A DNA stretch of 32,970 nt, taken from a virus (taxonomy: Duplodnaviria; Caudoviricetes). This document shows, piece by piece, positions 7,391-16,752 of this stretch. The position numbers were made by a program, and so were the translations under genes. The notes beneath the pieces were generated by a model. The model did not search any database, was not told the DNA's origin, and saw only the letters and a program-made list of their open reading frames with translations. Numbering within the stretch: position 1 is the stretch's first letter; each line of letters begins with the position of its first letter. The stretch spans positions 1 through 32,970 of IMG/VR virus record IMGVR_UViG_3300020365_000066; one strand, 5' to 3'.

Positions 7391-8499
7391 CAGTAAGACG
7401 CTCCATTGATTGTAATTTCTTCTGCAAAGACGAGTTTTGTTTCCAAGAAACTAACCTGTAGTTCTGTTGCTACTGGTGATCCATCTTCAAATGTTGCATA
7501 GACTCCATCAGGAGCATAGTTTACAGAAACTTTTGTGATAGCACATGTTTTATACTGTGGCAACCATGGATGCAAACCACTACCCATCATGAAGTTAACC
7601 TTACACATCTTTGGCACACCAATTGTTAGACCACCAACTAGGTCTTTGGTTTTACCATTGGTGTCTGTATAACTTGTGGATGGTGAGTTGAATACTGGTA
7701 GGGATGCCTTTCTAAATGTATTGCAGATAGCTCTGACACTAGCAGCCTCACCAGGATCATGTGGTGTCATCTTAAATTTAAGAGAGAACTCTCTTAGTTC
7801 AGGTGAGTCAAATAATATTTCGACATTCGGATTGATAATCACACCTCGTGTAGAAGAAGTAACATCATTGAGAGTTAGGTTACCACCAACACCAGGAATC
7901 ATGTTCAAAGTACCAGCAATCGCTGAGTCTAGAGCATTCCTTAGACCCTGAGTGACATTGTAGTCTCCAGCATTAATGTTTCCAGACTTTGCTTTTAAAG
8001 CAGCTCTACCAATGTTACTTACTGACTTACCGTTCCAGTTTTGTTTGATGTCAGACGATATGTCTTGAGGCATGTATAATATAATTGGAGACAGATCTGT
8101 GCTCCTAGTATCAATGTTTGCAGAGTTCATGTAACCATCATACTTTGATCTGCTACTCAAAGAACTAGCACTAGAGTATGGTGGTTTATATTTTCCAAAT
8201 TCAAACAGAACATAGTCTGTCATACTATCTTTGATAGTGTCAGGATATCTTAGAGAAGCTTCTTTCTTTGGAACTGCTGGCGTCCTTCTACCCATGTCAA
8301 GGGTAACTTTTTCTTGTACACTATCCCAATCAAGTATATCCCAACTCTTGTCTGGTTGTGCTGCGTCAAATTTGACCCAATTGTAAACTTTCTCACCGTT
8401 TACCGTGTTCATACGGAGCATCCAATACTGTCCAGCAGGATCTCGTGTTGTGGATCCTGCTGGGATGCCTTTAGTTTTTGTTGGTTTAAATGACTGCAC
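7390..8499 (-). CDS. gp48: Baseplate tail-tube cap (T4 gp48-like)
   Basis: LRYP, IILYMP, NPNVEILF..PELREF...KMTP, CAIT.VSVNYAPDG, F.ET. Confidence 0.85.
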   Translation of the reverse strand: MQSFKPTKTKGIPAGSTTRDPAGQYWMLRMNTVNGEKVYNWVKFDAAQPDKSWDILDWDSVQEKVTLDMGRRTPAVPKKEASLRYPDTIKDSMTDYVLFEFGKYKPPYSSASSLSSRSKYDGYMNSANIDTRSTDLSPIILYMPQDISSDIKQNWNGKSVSNIGRAALKAKSGNINAGDYNVTQGLRNALDSAIAGTLNMIPGVGGNLTLNDVTSSTRGVIINPNVEILFDSPELREFSLKFKMTPHDPGEAASVRAICNTFRKASLPVFNSPSTSYTDTNGKTKDLVGGLTIGVPKMCKVNFMMGSGLHPWLPQYKTCAITKVSVNYAPDGVYATFEDGSPVATELQVSFLETKLVFAEEITINGASY

Positions 8500-9188
8500 T
8501 ACTTCACCATCTCCCTGTCTCTAGAGTGACCATATCCTTGGATGATACGGCGAGCTTTGATTTTGTCATAGAATTTTTCGTTTGTTTCTTCCCAGACAGT
8601 CTCTTTATCATATGAGAATTGGTGACCACCTTTTACCTGAACAACAAAATCTTCAACAGGAAGGAGGATGGCGGTGTCCCATTCATCTGCATGTAAATCC
8701 AGCAGATATCCACCATCTATATTAGACTTCAAATATTTATGGAAGCAACTCTTAGGTAGGTCAATTCGACCACGCAAGAGTGCCCTCACTGCCATGATTC
8801 TTTTCTTAGGTGTCATGTAATGTAAGTTGGCACCAAAGAATTCTTTTGGCGTTGCTTTTATACAATATATGAGAGGGAACTTATCGTAATATGGTAGTCG
8901 TGATGTTGCTTTGTACTCAAACATGTACATGTGACCAGCGACAGCATATCGTCTCAGAATGTTGCCATCTTCATTAACTGTAGCGCCTGATCTATCACGC
9001 AACTCATCTCTAATATACTTTGAGTTGTCTTTTTTGAATGCGGAGATTTCTGATCTAACAGCGTTTCTGTACCATTGGTACGATTGCTTTTCTCCTCCAG
9101 TTCTTTCTGTTACTTTTTCAAAAATAGTTTGATAACCAGAGTCCTCTTTTACAGAGTTCCTCTGAATATCTGCGAATCCGCGTGCCAT
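8499..9188 (-). CDS. gp2: DNA end protector protein (T4 gp2-like)
   Basis: MYMFEY, LPYYDKFPL, GANLHY, FHKYL, EWDTAILLPVEDF. Confidence 0.88.
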   Translation of the reverse strand: MARGFADIQRNSVKEDSGYQTIFEKVTERTGGEKQSYQWYRNAVRSEISAFKKDNSKYIRDELRDRSGATVNEDGNILRRYAVAGHMYMFEYKATSRLPYYDKFPLIYCIKATPKEFFGANLHYMTPKKRIMAVRALLRGRIDLPKSCFHKYLKSNIDGGYLLDLHADEWDTAILLPVEDFVVQVKGGHQFSYDKETVWEETNEKFYDKIKARRIIQGYGHSRDREMVK

Positions 9189-9189
9189 T

Positions 9190-9624
9190 TTAGACTCCTA
9201 GATTTTCTTCGGTAAGGATTAAAAATTTCATCTGCCTGTCCTCACAGAAGTCCTGAGCAGCGTCCCATTTGGCACGGTTCTTGGCGAACGTCAGGGCAGC
9301 CCGTTTGTAGGCAGCAGTCCTTTTATTCTTATCATGTGGTGGTTTTGTTTGTTTCTTGGGTTTAATTTCAATGATATATTTCGCTACCTTCCCAGACTTC
9401 TCGCGTACCTTGATGTAAAAATCAGGGAAGTATCTATGCACTCGTCCGTCAGTCGGACAACGATATGGAATGATAGTTTCTTCACTGCCCCACTCCAAGA
9501 TAGAGGGGGTGCTGTCACAGAACACCATGAACTTCCGTTCCCATGACGATCGATAAATGATACGAGATGGATTGCCACGGTACTTTTTAGGATTGACTGG
9601 TTTGTACAGTCCTGAGTACGCCAT
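9190..9624 (-). CDS. gp4: Head completion nuclease (T4 gp4-like)
   Basis: MAYSG.YKP.NPKKYRG, YRSSWE, HRYFPDF, EIKP; real start is ATG 9624. Confidence 0.93.
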   Translation of the reverse strand: MAYSGLYKPVNPKKYRGNPSRIIYRSSWERKFMVFCDSTPSILEWGSEETIIPYRCPTDGRVHRYFPDFYIKVREKSGKVAKYIIEIKPKKQTKPPHDKNKRTAAYKRAALTFAKNRAKWDAAQDFCEDRQMKFLILTEENLGV

Positions 9625-9653
9625 AAATATAAAAGATCCACATTTATATTTAG
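9623..9653. promoter_or_regulatory. Overlapping T4-type late promoter candidates for the divergent genes
   Basis: ATAAATA on + (9623-9629) and CTAAATA on - (9653-9647) around a 30 bp intergenic gap. Confidence 0.55.
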
Positions 9654-9654
9654 A

Positions 9655-10317
9655 GTGGCAACTATAAGAGAAATCATGACTAAAATGGGAGTGCAAGGGG
9701 GCATGGCGCTCTCTAGCATGTACCAAGTTAAAATTATGGGTTCTTTTGATTTCCATCCAGAGTGGACTACGGACCAAGAATTTATTGAATTGATGTGTGA
9801 TGAAGCACAATTACCTAATGTTCAAGCGCAAACTGGTTTGATGACTGGTAGACATTTGGGAGAAGGTTCCTTCCAATATGCACACACCAGAGTATTTTCT
9901 GATTTGACTCTAAGTTTCATTTGTGATGCGGAAATGAGTCAGTTAAAGTTCTTTACATCATGGCATGACTACATTTTTGGAGCGCAGAACCAAGTAGCTG
10001 ATGGTAATGCACCTGCAAGAACCACCAGTAAAACAACGGCGGAAGTCTTTGGTGGTGATGCAGAGAACATGAACAAAGTCATTAGAGTTAAGTATCCTAA
10101 GGATTACACTCGTGACATTAAAATTGCTAAGATTGACCAGAGAAAGAGCACCACATCTCCATCTATTGTGTATAGTTTGAGAGATGCTTACCCATACAGT
10201 CTTGACACTGTTCCACTTGCTTATGGAACATCACAGTTGACAAAATGTACAGTCAACTTATATTATAAGAAACATGATGTTGTATATAATTCATCAAAAG
10301 CAAAAAAGGAAAACTGA
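9655..10317 (+). CDS. Tail tube-like protein (gp19/gp54 family)
   Basis: MCDEAQLP, DLTLSFICD, FFTSW, YPKDY, AYPYSL..VPL.YG..QL.K.TV; synteny between gp4 and gp26. Confidence 0.75.
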   Translation: MATIREIMTKMGVQGGMALSSMYQVKIMGSFDFHPEWTTDQEFIELMCDEAQLPNVQAQTGLMTGRHLGEGSFQYAHTRVFSDLTLSFICDAEMSQLKFFTSWHDYIFGAQNQVADGNAPARTTSKTTAEVFGGDAENMNKVIRVKYPKDYTRDIKIAKIDQRKSTTSPSIVYSLRDAYPYSLDTVPLAYGTSQLTKCTVNLYYKKHDVVYNSSKAKKEN

Positions 10318-10323
10318 TTCCAT

Positions 10324-10368
10324 AAAAGTGGGAAAATTTTTCCCGACAATTTTTGGGTCAAAAAGTCG
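10324..10368. repeat. 45 bp intergenic A-tract/palindrome element, copy 2
   Basis: Core palindrome GGGAAAA-T-TTTTCCC; same orientation as copy 1. Confidence 0.8.
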
Positions 10369-10370
10369 AT

Positions 10371-10381
10371 CTAAATAAATA
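10371..10381 (+). promoter_or_regulatory. T4-type late promoter candidate
   Basis: CTAAATAAATA about 20 nt upstream of gp26. Confidence 0.55.
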
Positions 10382-10401
10382 TACGATCTGAGGTTATTAT
10401 C

Positions 10402-11115
10402 ATGGCTTTGCCTAAGGTTGGGTATCCAACATATGAACTTGAATTACCATCTACGGGTAAAACTGTAAAATATCGCCCATTTTTGGTAAAAGAGGAAAAA
10501 GTGCTTTTGCTTGCACTTGAGTCTGAAGACGAAAAGCAAATTACTAACGCAGTTAAGGATTTGATCAAAAATTGCGTTGTTAGTAGAATTAAGGTAGATC
10601 AATTGCCTATTTTTGATCTAGAATACCTATTTCTGAATATTCGTGGAGCATCTATTGGTGAATCCATCAATTTGACCGTAACATGTCAAGATGACAATGA
10701 AACCAAGGTTGATGTAAGAATCCCTATTGGTGATATTAAGGTATTCAAACCAGAAGGTCATTCCGCCAAAATTGAGTTTGATGACGCATTTGGTGTTGTG
10801 ATGAAATATCCTAGTATGCAGAGATTCATTGAATTGGACTTTTTGCAGAAAAACTTGAATACTGACGAAGTTTTCAGTTTAATTGGTGAAAGTATCGATC
10901 AAATCTATCAAGGTGAAGAGGTATTTGACAGCACTACGACAACTAAGAAGGAATTCCGCGAATTTGTCGATAGTTTGACTACAAAGCAATTTGAGAAAAT
11001 TCAGCAATTTTATGAAACTTCTCCAAAGTTGAGACATACCTTCAAGGTGACAAATCCCAGAACTGGGGTTGAATCCGAATTTGTGCTTGAGGGTTTGCAG
11101 AGTTTTTTCGCGTAG
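10402..11115 (+). CDS. gp26: Baseplate hub assembly protein (T4 gp26-like)
   Basis: MALPK...YRPFLVKEEK, FDLEYLFLNIR..SIGE, MKYP, LEGLQSFF. Confidence 0.92.
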   Translation: MALPKVGYPTYELELPSTGKTVKYRPFLVKEEKVLLLALESEDEKQITNAVKDLIKNCVVSRIKVDQLPIFDLEYLFLNIRGASIGESINLTVTCQDDNETKVDVRIPIGDIKVFKPEGHSAKIEFDDAFGVVMKYPSMQRFIELDFLQKNLNTDEVFSLIGESIDQIYQGEEVFDSTTTTKKEFREFVDSLTTKQFEKIQQFYETSPKLRHTFKVTNPRTGVESEFVLEGLQSFFA

Positions 11116-11142
11116 CACTCTTCCAAAACAACCTGGAAGGGT
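11103..11142 (+). other. Candidate programmed -1 frameshift signal
   Basis: In-frame slippery heptamer T TTT TTC (11103-11109) with hairpin ACTCTTCCA/TGGAAGGGT (11117-11142); -1 frame open into gp51. Confidence 0.6.
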
Positions 11143-11165
11143 ACTTTAGGGTCAATTTTGCTTTG

Positions 11166-11288
11166 ATGCAGTACCATAAATATAGCTTGACTGAGATTGA
11201 AAATTGGATACCGTGGGAACGCGAAGTTTATGTTGCGTTCCTTATGCAGTATCTTGAAGAGGTCAAGCAAAAGAACCAGCAGAAATAA
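11166..11288 (+). CDS. gp51: Baseplate hub assembly catalyst (T4 gp51-like); protein-like frame extends upstream to ~11100
   Basis: (LFQNNLEGYFRVNFAL)MQYHKYSLTEIENWIPWEREVYVAFL; TAATG overlap with next gene. Confidence 0.8.
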   Translation: MQYHKYSLTEIENWIPWEREVYVAFLMQYLEEVKQKNQQK

Positions 11289-14200
11289 TGGCGGGTTATT
11301 CGACAACATATTCTGGAGATCTTACCACAACCATTGCTGGTAAGTTGATTGATGCTGTCAAAAAGAAAATTGAGGATAGAAACTCTAGTCAAGCGGAAAA
11401 AGAAGTAAAGGAGATCGAACGCGCAGCAAAAAAGCCTGATGACCCAGCTGCGGTTCCTGTTAAAGGTGATCTGCCTACTGTAATTACTAATATGCTTGGA
11501 ATCACTGTAGATTCCAAGTTGATGAATATTGAATCTAATGTTAACAAGTCATTAGATGAATTAACAGAGATAAAGACATCACATATCGCTAATATTGAGT
11601 TATTAGTAGAAAGAAACGATATGATGGCATCCAAGTTGGATGCTTTGACGGAAATTTTCTCGCAGCAATTAGAAAGACAAAAACAGAATCTAGATGCACA
11701 GGAAAGCATTGCAAAAATGCGTCTTGCTGCTGGAATGGAGAAACTTTCTGGAACTAGAGGTCTTACAGGAAAAAAACCATCTAAGACTTCTGCCAAGGAA
11801 AAAATTGATAATGCATTTGGTACAATTGGAAAGGTTTTATTCCAGAGGAAGGGTGGCGCAGCTGCAAAAAGTTTAACTGATAGAATCTCAAAGGCGAAAG
11901 GATTTGGTATTCGATCCGCTAGAGTTTTGTTTAACAAGAGAGCTAGATCCTTACAGAATGCTCTCGATTATAGAACTTCCTCAGCATTCAATGCTATGGA
12001 AATTCAGGAACTTGCTGATAACATGCAAGTTGATCTTAAAGATCTTCCAGATGAATTAAAAAAAGGTGGACTCAATGCAATTGAGGACATGTATAAAGAT
12101 GGTCTTATTGATGAAAAAGAATATAGGCGTCTGAAAAAAACTGCCGAGGGTATTCAGGGAAAGAAAATTGTCAAGGCAGCTGAAGGTAGGAAGATTGCCA
12201 AGAAAGTTGGTAAAAAAATTACATCAAGGTCTGGAGCAAAGATTCTTGCAAAAGGTACTTTAGGAACCAAACTGTTTGGTAAAGCGGGTAAATTTGTTCC
12301 TGGTATTGGTACTGGTATTGCGTTAACTGAATCTGCTTTTAGATTTGCTAGTGGTGATACTTTAGGTGGTATCATGAGTCTTGGATCCGCTATTCCTATC
12401 TTGGGTTGGGGATTCACAGCAGCAGATATGGCGAGAGACTTCGGTTTTGATCCATTAAACACTAAAAAACAATATGAGACTGGAACTAAACTAACATTAC
12501 CTGGAATGGCTGCTCTTCATGGAACTGAGCAACTAGACTTGATGGATAAGGAGTCCATGGTTCCTGTTAGGCAGATTGAGACAATTGGATCTGATATTGT
12601 CTCAACTACAATGAAAGTCGCTAAGGATGCTGGTATTGAGAGACAGATTTACTCAGATATCGTAAGACTGCCATTTAGCGTAGAGAATGTACCTATTCAG
12701 ACTGGTATTAAGAAAACAACATTAACAAGTACACCTGCATCTGCTCCATCATCTCAAACAATGGGTATGGATGTTCAGAGAGAAATAGCGAAAGCTGTAA
12801 ATGCTCAACCTGACGATAAAGGTGATGGTGGCAACCCAGTAGTTAATTTCATCAAAAACATACCTGGAAATCTTAGGGGACTGGTGAGTGGAATACAGAT
12901 TCCTGATAGATTTAGCTTCACTAATCCACTGGCGGGTCCAACTCAGATTCAGTTCCACAAAGAGCAGGGAATTGACGCATCAGGTGAACCTGGAGTTGAT
13001 TTCAGTTTTAATGACTTTAAGAATAACTATGCTGTATTTGACGGTATTGTTATGGAAACAGGTCCATTATATGGTGCTGCATATGGAAATGTGGTTGTCG
13101 TAAGAAGTATCGACCCTACTACTGGTAATGAATTTGATGCATTATATGCACACTTCCCTGATGGAGGAACTAAAGTCGCTGAGGGACAAGAAGTAAAAGC
13201 AGGTGACCTGTTGGGTGCAGTTGGATACAATGGAAAGAGAGGTCCGAACGGCGAACCAAGAATGCAGGGCAATGGTGCTGGTAACATGAGTGGATGGCAT
13301 ACCAGTCTTGATTTCTTTGAACCAAATACCGAAAGAGGTCAAAAAACTGGACCATATTCTAATGGTTCTTTCTTAGTCAACTCTCTTATTAAAATGAATG
13401 GATTCTCTGTCAAAAGAGATGAACCAAGTCAATCTAATGAAGATTCTGAGCAGGAAGGTGGTGAAGGTGGTAGTGGTGTAAGAACTGCAATCACTGCATT
13501 GAAAAAAGACGAAGCACTGTCATCACTGACACCAGGGAGAAACGATTATATCAGACCAAATCAGAGCAGCACCGTAAGTAATACTTCCTGGGATGATATT
13601 GATGACAACACTCTAATATATCCATATAGAACTGGAGTTCGTGGCGACAGAGCTACTATTGGGTGGGGATCTACTTTTTATGGTGATATTAGAAAGGGTG
13701 ACCAACCTGTAAGTTATAGTGACAAGCCAATTACTAAGGCGCAAGCTGATGCTATTTTGATCAATAATATCCAATTACTGTCTGATGAGTTTTCTCGTAT
13801 TGTTCCAACATGGAAAAAGATGAACGACTCTCAAAAAGCAGCTATGTTGGTTGTTGGTTACAATGCTCCATTTGCATACGGGACATATAAAAAATATACA
13901 GCAGCAATTGATCGTGGTGACATGGAAGCAGCTGCAATAGAAAGTAACAGAGGCGGTCCTAGTGCTGAGAGATTAGCGATGGAGAAAGAAATGTTTCGTG
14001 ATGGACCTCTAGATTTGAGTAAGATAGAGGCACCAAAGAAAAATAATAAACCATTTGGTGGATTATATGAGGAAGGAGATGATGGGAATTTCTATAACAT
14101 ATTTGATGGTACACCATTGCCATCTAATCTGATGTCTAAAAACATTGGACCTACTGATAACGGAATGTTTCAGAAGATTTCTAATATATCTACCGAAGAT

Positions 14201-14347
14201 CAAACTGAAAATGTCATAATTCAACCTTTACTATTAAATAGAGATATTACAACAGTTGCTGCTGGTAATCAGCAGATACAATCTAGCGATAGTAAATCTA
14301 CTAAATTTGATCCTATGGCGTTCCATATGGCAAGACTTTCTGCTTAA
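11288..14347 (+). CDS. Tape-measure/hub-like virion protein with M23-peptidase-like and lysozyme-like domains
   Basis: Coiled-coil N-half; hydrophobic Gly-rich segment; GVDF...YGNVVVV...YAH...VKAGDLLG (M23); DEAL...ATIGWG...ITKAQADAIL (lysozyme-like). Confidence 0.75.
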   Translation: MAGYSTTYSGDLTTTIAGKLIDAVKKKIEDRNSSQAEKEVKEIERAAKKPDDPAAVPVKGDLPTVITNMLGITVDSKLMNIESNVNKSLDELTEIKTSHIANIELLVERNDMMASKLDALTEIFSQQLERQKQNLDAQESIAKMRLAAGMEKLSGTRGLTGKKPSKTSAKEKIDNAFGTIGKVLFQRKGGAAAKSLTDRISKAKGFGIRSARVLFNKRARSLQNALDYRTSSAFNAMEIQELADNMQVDLKDLPDELKKGGLNAIEDMYKDGLIDEKEYRRLKKTAEGIQGKKIVKAAEGRKIAKKVGKKITSRSGAKILAKGTLGTKLFGKAGKFVPGIGTGIALTESAFRFASGDTLGGIMSLGSAIPILGWGFTAADMARDFGFDPLNTKKQYETGTKLTLPGMAALHGTEQLDLMDKESMVPVRQIETIGSDIVSTTMKVAKDAGIERQIYSDIVRLPFSVENVPIQTGIKKTTLTSTPASAPSSQTMGMDVQREIAKAVNAQPDDKGDGGNPVVNFIKNIPGNLRGLVSGIQIPDRFSFTNPLAGPTQIQFHKEQGIDASGEPGVDFSFNDFKNNYAVFDGIVMETGPLYGAAYGNVVVVRSIDPTTGNEFDALYAHFPDGGTKVAEGQEVKAGDLLGAVGYNGKRGPNGEPRMQGNGAGNMSGWHTSLDFFEPNTERGQKTGPYSNGSFLVNSLIKMNGFSVKRDEPSQSNEDSEQEGGEGGSGVRTAITALKKDEALSSLTPGRNDYIRPNQSSTVSNTSWDDIDDNTLIYPYRTGVRGDRATIGWGSTFYGDIRKGDQPVSYSDKPITKAQADAILINNIQLLSDEFSRIVPTWKKMNDSQKAAMLVVGYNAPFAYGTYKKYTAAIDRGDMEAAAIESNRGGPSAERLAMEKEMFRDGPLDLSKIEAPKKNNKPFGGLYEEGDDGNFYNIFDGTPLPSNLMSKNIGPTDNGMFQKISNISTEDQTENVIIQPLLLNRDITTVAAGNQQIQSSDSKSTKFDPMAFHMARLSA

Positions 14348-14350
14348 AAC

Positions 14351-16750
14351 ATGGCATCATATACCTCAACATATAGTGGTGATTTAACCACAACAGTAGC
14401 ATCTAAACTTGGTGAAGCAGTCGCAGCTGCTGCTACTAAAGGTGCTAGCGCGAAAGCACTTGCTGTGAAGTCTGCAGCTAAGTATGGTGTGGATCCCATG
14501 TTGAGGCGTGGTGAGTTCTTTGGAAAAGCACTCAAGTATCAGTTCACCCCTGGTTTCTTGAGGGGTGGTAAGAGTTTCACTGACCAGTTTGATTTTCCTG
14601 ATTATATTGCTAGAGGACAAAAAAGTGAACTTGCTTCACCATTACCATCTGATTATTTCAATCGTGGTCAGACTAGTTCTATCACAGCACAAGCAAGAGA
14701 GCGCAGAGCAGGTAATCCATTCCCGTTCCTTGCAGTTGGTGGTCCAGCAATGGCAGCACCAGCAGATACTCCTGGTGTAGAGAAAGAAACACCAATGCTG
14801 CCAAGTAGCAGTAAATATGGTGATACTGTCAACAGACCTGTTAAAGTAAAAGACGAGAAACTTATTTTACTTGTACAGAAGATAGCAGAGTCTTTAACTA
14901 GAACTGTAAATGCTATTGGTGAAAAGCAAGGTGAAATTGATGCTGAGATACAGAGTTCAAAGGAGTCATCTCTTGCTATAGCTAGAGGACTGTCTGTAAA
15001 TACAGACACCATCTCAGAGAAGTTAGATGCGATTGCTGAAATTCTCAATCAGCAACTGGCACTAGACAAGAAAGTCACTGACGATAAAGAGACTGAAGCA
15101 GTAAAAAGAGAGACTGCAGATGTTGACGACCTTTCTGATACAGATGCATATGTAAAACTTGGGGAGAAAACTGTTGAAGTTGCTGCTCAAAATGAAGCAG
15201 AAGATCAGGCAAGAGAACGACAGAATCAATCTGATGGTCCAGAAGCAAGGCAACTTGATATTCCAGATTTAGAAACAGGTGGTATTGTATCTGGTCCTGA
15301 TAGTGGATATTTGGTGAGACTTCATGGTGATGAAATGGTCACCCCACTTGATAATAATTACACTCAGGGTGAACCAAGTGCTGTAGATGGTAAGATCAGA
15401 CCAGTTCCTCAGTATGAGATGGGGACTTCTAAACCAACTGTTGCTCCTGCTCCAAAAACTCCTATAGTAAATGCACCAACTCTGAAAAGAACTGACGAGA
15501 GTGATGCAACTTCAGCAGATTTGATTGAGGCAATGAAGTTACCTAACAAGGTAGCTGGTCTTATTACTCTGACAAATGCAGCTAAAGCTGCGGCATCGAT
15601 GCCTGGTGGTGCTCCTGCAAGTGCCATTGCATCTACTGTTAGACCAATCACAAAAGCATTTAACATAACAGATCAAATATCAAACAAGATCAGCACTGCG
15701 GTGATGGGACCTAACACTGGCGGTGGTCAAGAACCAATGTCTGTCATGTCTCCTGCAGAGCAATTCTTCAATTCCATCATAGGATTTTTTGGTGGCGTTG
15801 GTAATGCTGTTGGATCATTCGTTGGATTCCTAACAGGTAAAGATGATGACAAGGGAGAAGGTGGAAAGAAAGGATACGGTGGTCTAGGTGGTGACCATGG
15901 TATCGGTGGTAAGATGGCAACTCAAAAAACTCCATCTAGTTATGGCACTGGTGGTCCTACTGGACTAGCACGCGGATTGAAAGGTGTTCGTGCTGGATTT
16001 ACTGGTATGAATTCTCAAGGATTCAATGCCATGATGCAGGGAGAGAGTTTCATACCATCTAACAAACCACAGATCCTTGGTAAAGGTGCATATTCTGCAC
16101 CTACTTTCCGTGGTGCTAATAGATATGCTGGAACAAGTGGATCTCTTGGTGGTAGGCAGATGCCAGGTGGTGTCGTTAATAGTATTGTCCCAGGAAACTC
16201 ACCTCGTATTAACTTCATCGAACCACAGTCGAAAGTATCTGCTGGAATGTTCAACAAAGGTAGAGACCTTGCTACTAAGTTGCAAGGTGGAGCATATCCA
16301 AATAGTGTCAGAGCAAACATGCTTAGATCTCAGATTACATCTGGTGGAGTTAGAGTTCCACCAAAAGCACCTCCAAAATTTGGAAATCCACTTGTTATGT
16401 TGATGGATATGATAGTTAATGATCTGATTAATCCACAACCAACAGCGGTATATGATCAGGTGACTGGACCTAATGCGATGTATAACAATCCAAAACTATC
16501 TGAAGAACAGAGAAGAGTTTTGTTTGAATCTGTTCATGGACCACAGAATGATACTGGTCTAGCACTGGAATCTTCATCGAAGGAAGTTAGGAACAACAAT
16601 GTCACAACTCTTGATCCAGTGGTTCTAAATAGCAATGTTGATGGACAGTCTTCCGAGCAAGTCGATACATACTATTCTGCCATCGACGCTGTAGGTGACC
16701 CTGGAACAGAAATCTATACTAAAGGATATACACCCTCCCAGTTCTTCTGA
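14351..16750 (+). CDS. Second tape-measure/hub-like virion protein, paralog of the previous gene
   Basis: Shared N-terminus YSGDLTTT; KLDAI.EI..QQL; ETGGIVSGP...LHGDEMVTPL motif. Confidence 0.7.
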   Translation: MASYTSTYSGDLTTTVASKLGEAVAAAATKGASAKALAVKSAAKYGVDPMLRRGEFFGKALKYQFTPGFLRGGKSFTDQFDFPDYIARGQKSELASPLPSDYFNRGQTSSITAQARERRAGNPFPFLAVGGPAMAAPADTPGVEKETPMLPSSSKYGDTVNRPVKVKDEKLILLVQKIAESLTRTVNAIGEKQGEIDAEIQSSKESSLAIARGLSVNTDTISEKLDAIAEILNQQLALDKKVTDDKETEAVKRETADVDDLSDTDAYVKLGEKTVEVAAQNEAEDQARERQNQSDGPEARQLDIPDLETGGIVSGPDSGYLVRLHGDEMVTPLDNNYTQGEPSAVDGKIRPVPQYEMGTSKPTVAPAPKTPIVNAPTLKRTDESDATSADLIEAMKLPNKVAGLITLTNAAKAAASMPGGAPASAIASTVRPITKAFNITDQISNKISTAVMGPNTGGGQEPMSVMSPAEQFFNSIIGFFGGVGNAVGSFVGFLTGKDDDKGEGGKKGYGGLGGDHGIGGKMATQKTPSSYGTGGPTGLARGLKGVRAGFTGMNSQGFNAMMQGESFIPSNKPQILGKGAYSAPTFRGANRYAGTSGSLGGRQMPGGVVNSIVPGNSPRINFIEPQSKVSAGMFNKGRDLATKLQGGAYPNSVRANMLRSQITSGGVRVPPKAPPKFGNPLVMLMDMIVNDLINPQPTAVYDQVTGPNAMYNNPKLSEEQRRVLFESVHGPQNDTGLALESSSKEVRNNNVTTLDPVVLNSNVDGQSSEQVDTYYSAIDAVGDPGTEIYTKGYTPSQFF

Positions 16751-16752
16751 TT

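Noticed and set aside
9625-9810. N-terminal extension of the gp4 ORF
   Set aside because: Antisense to the tail-tube-like gene; the conserved gp4 start is MAYSG at 9624.
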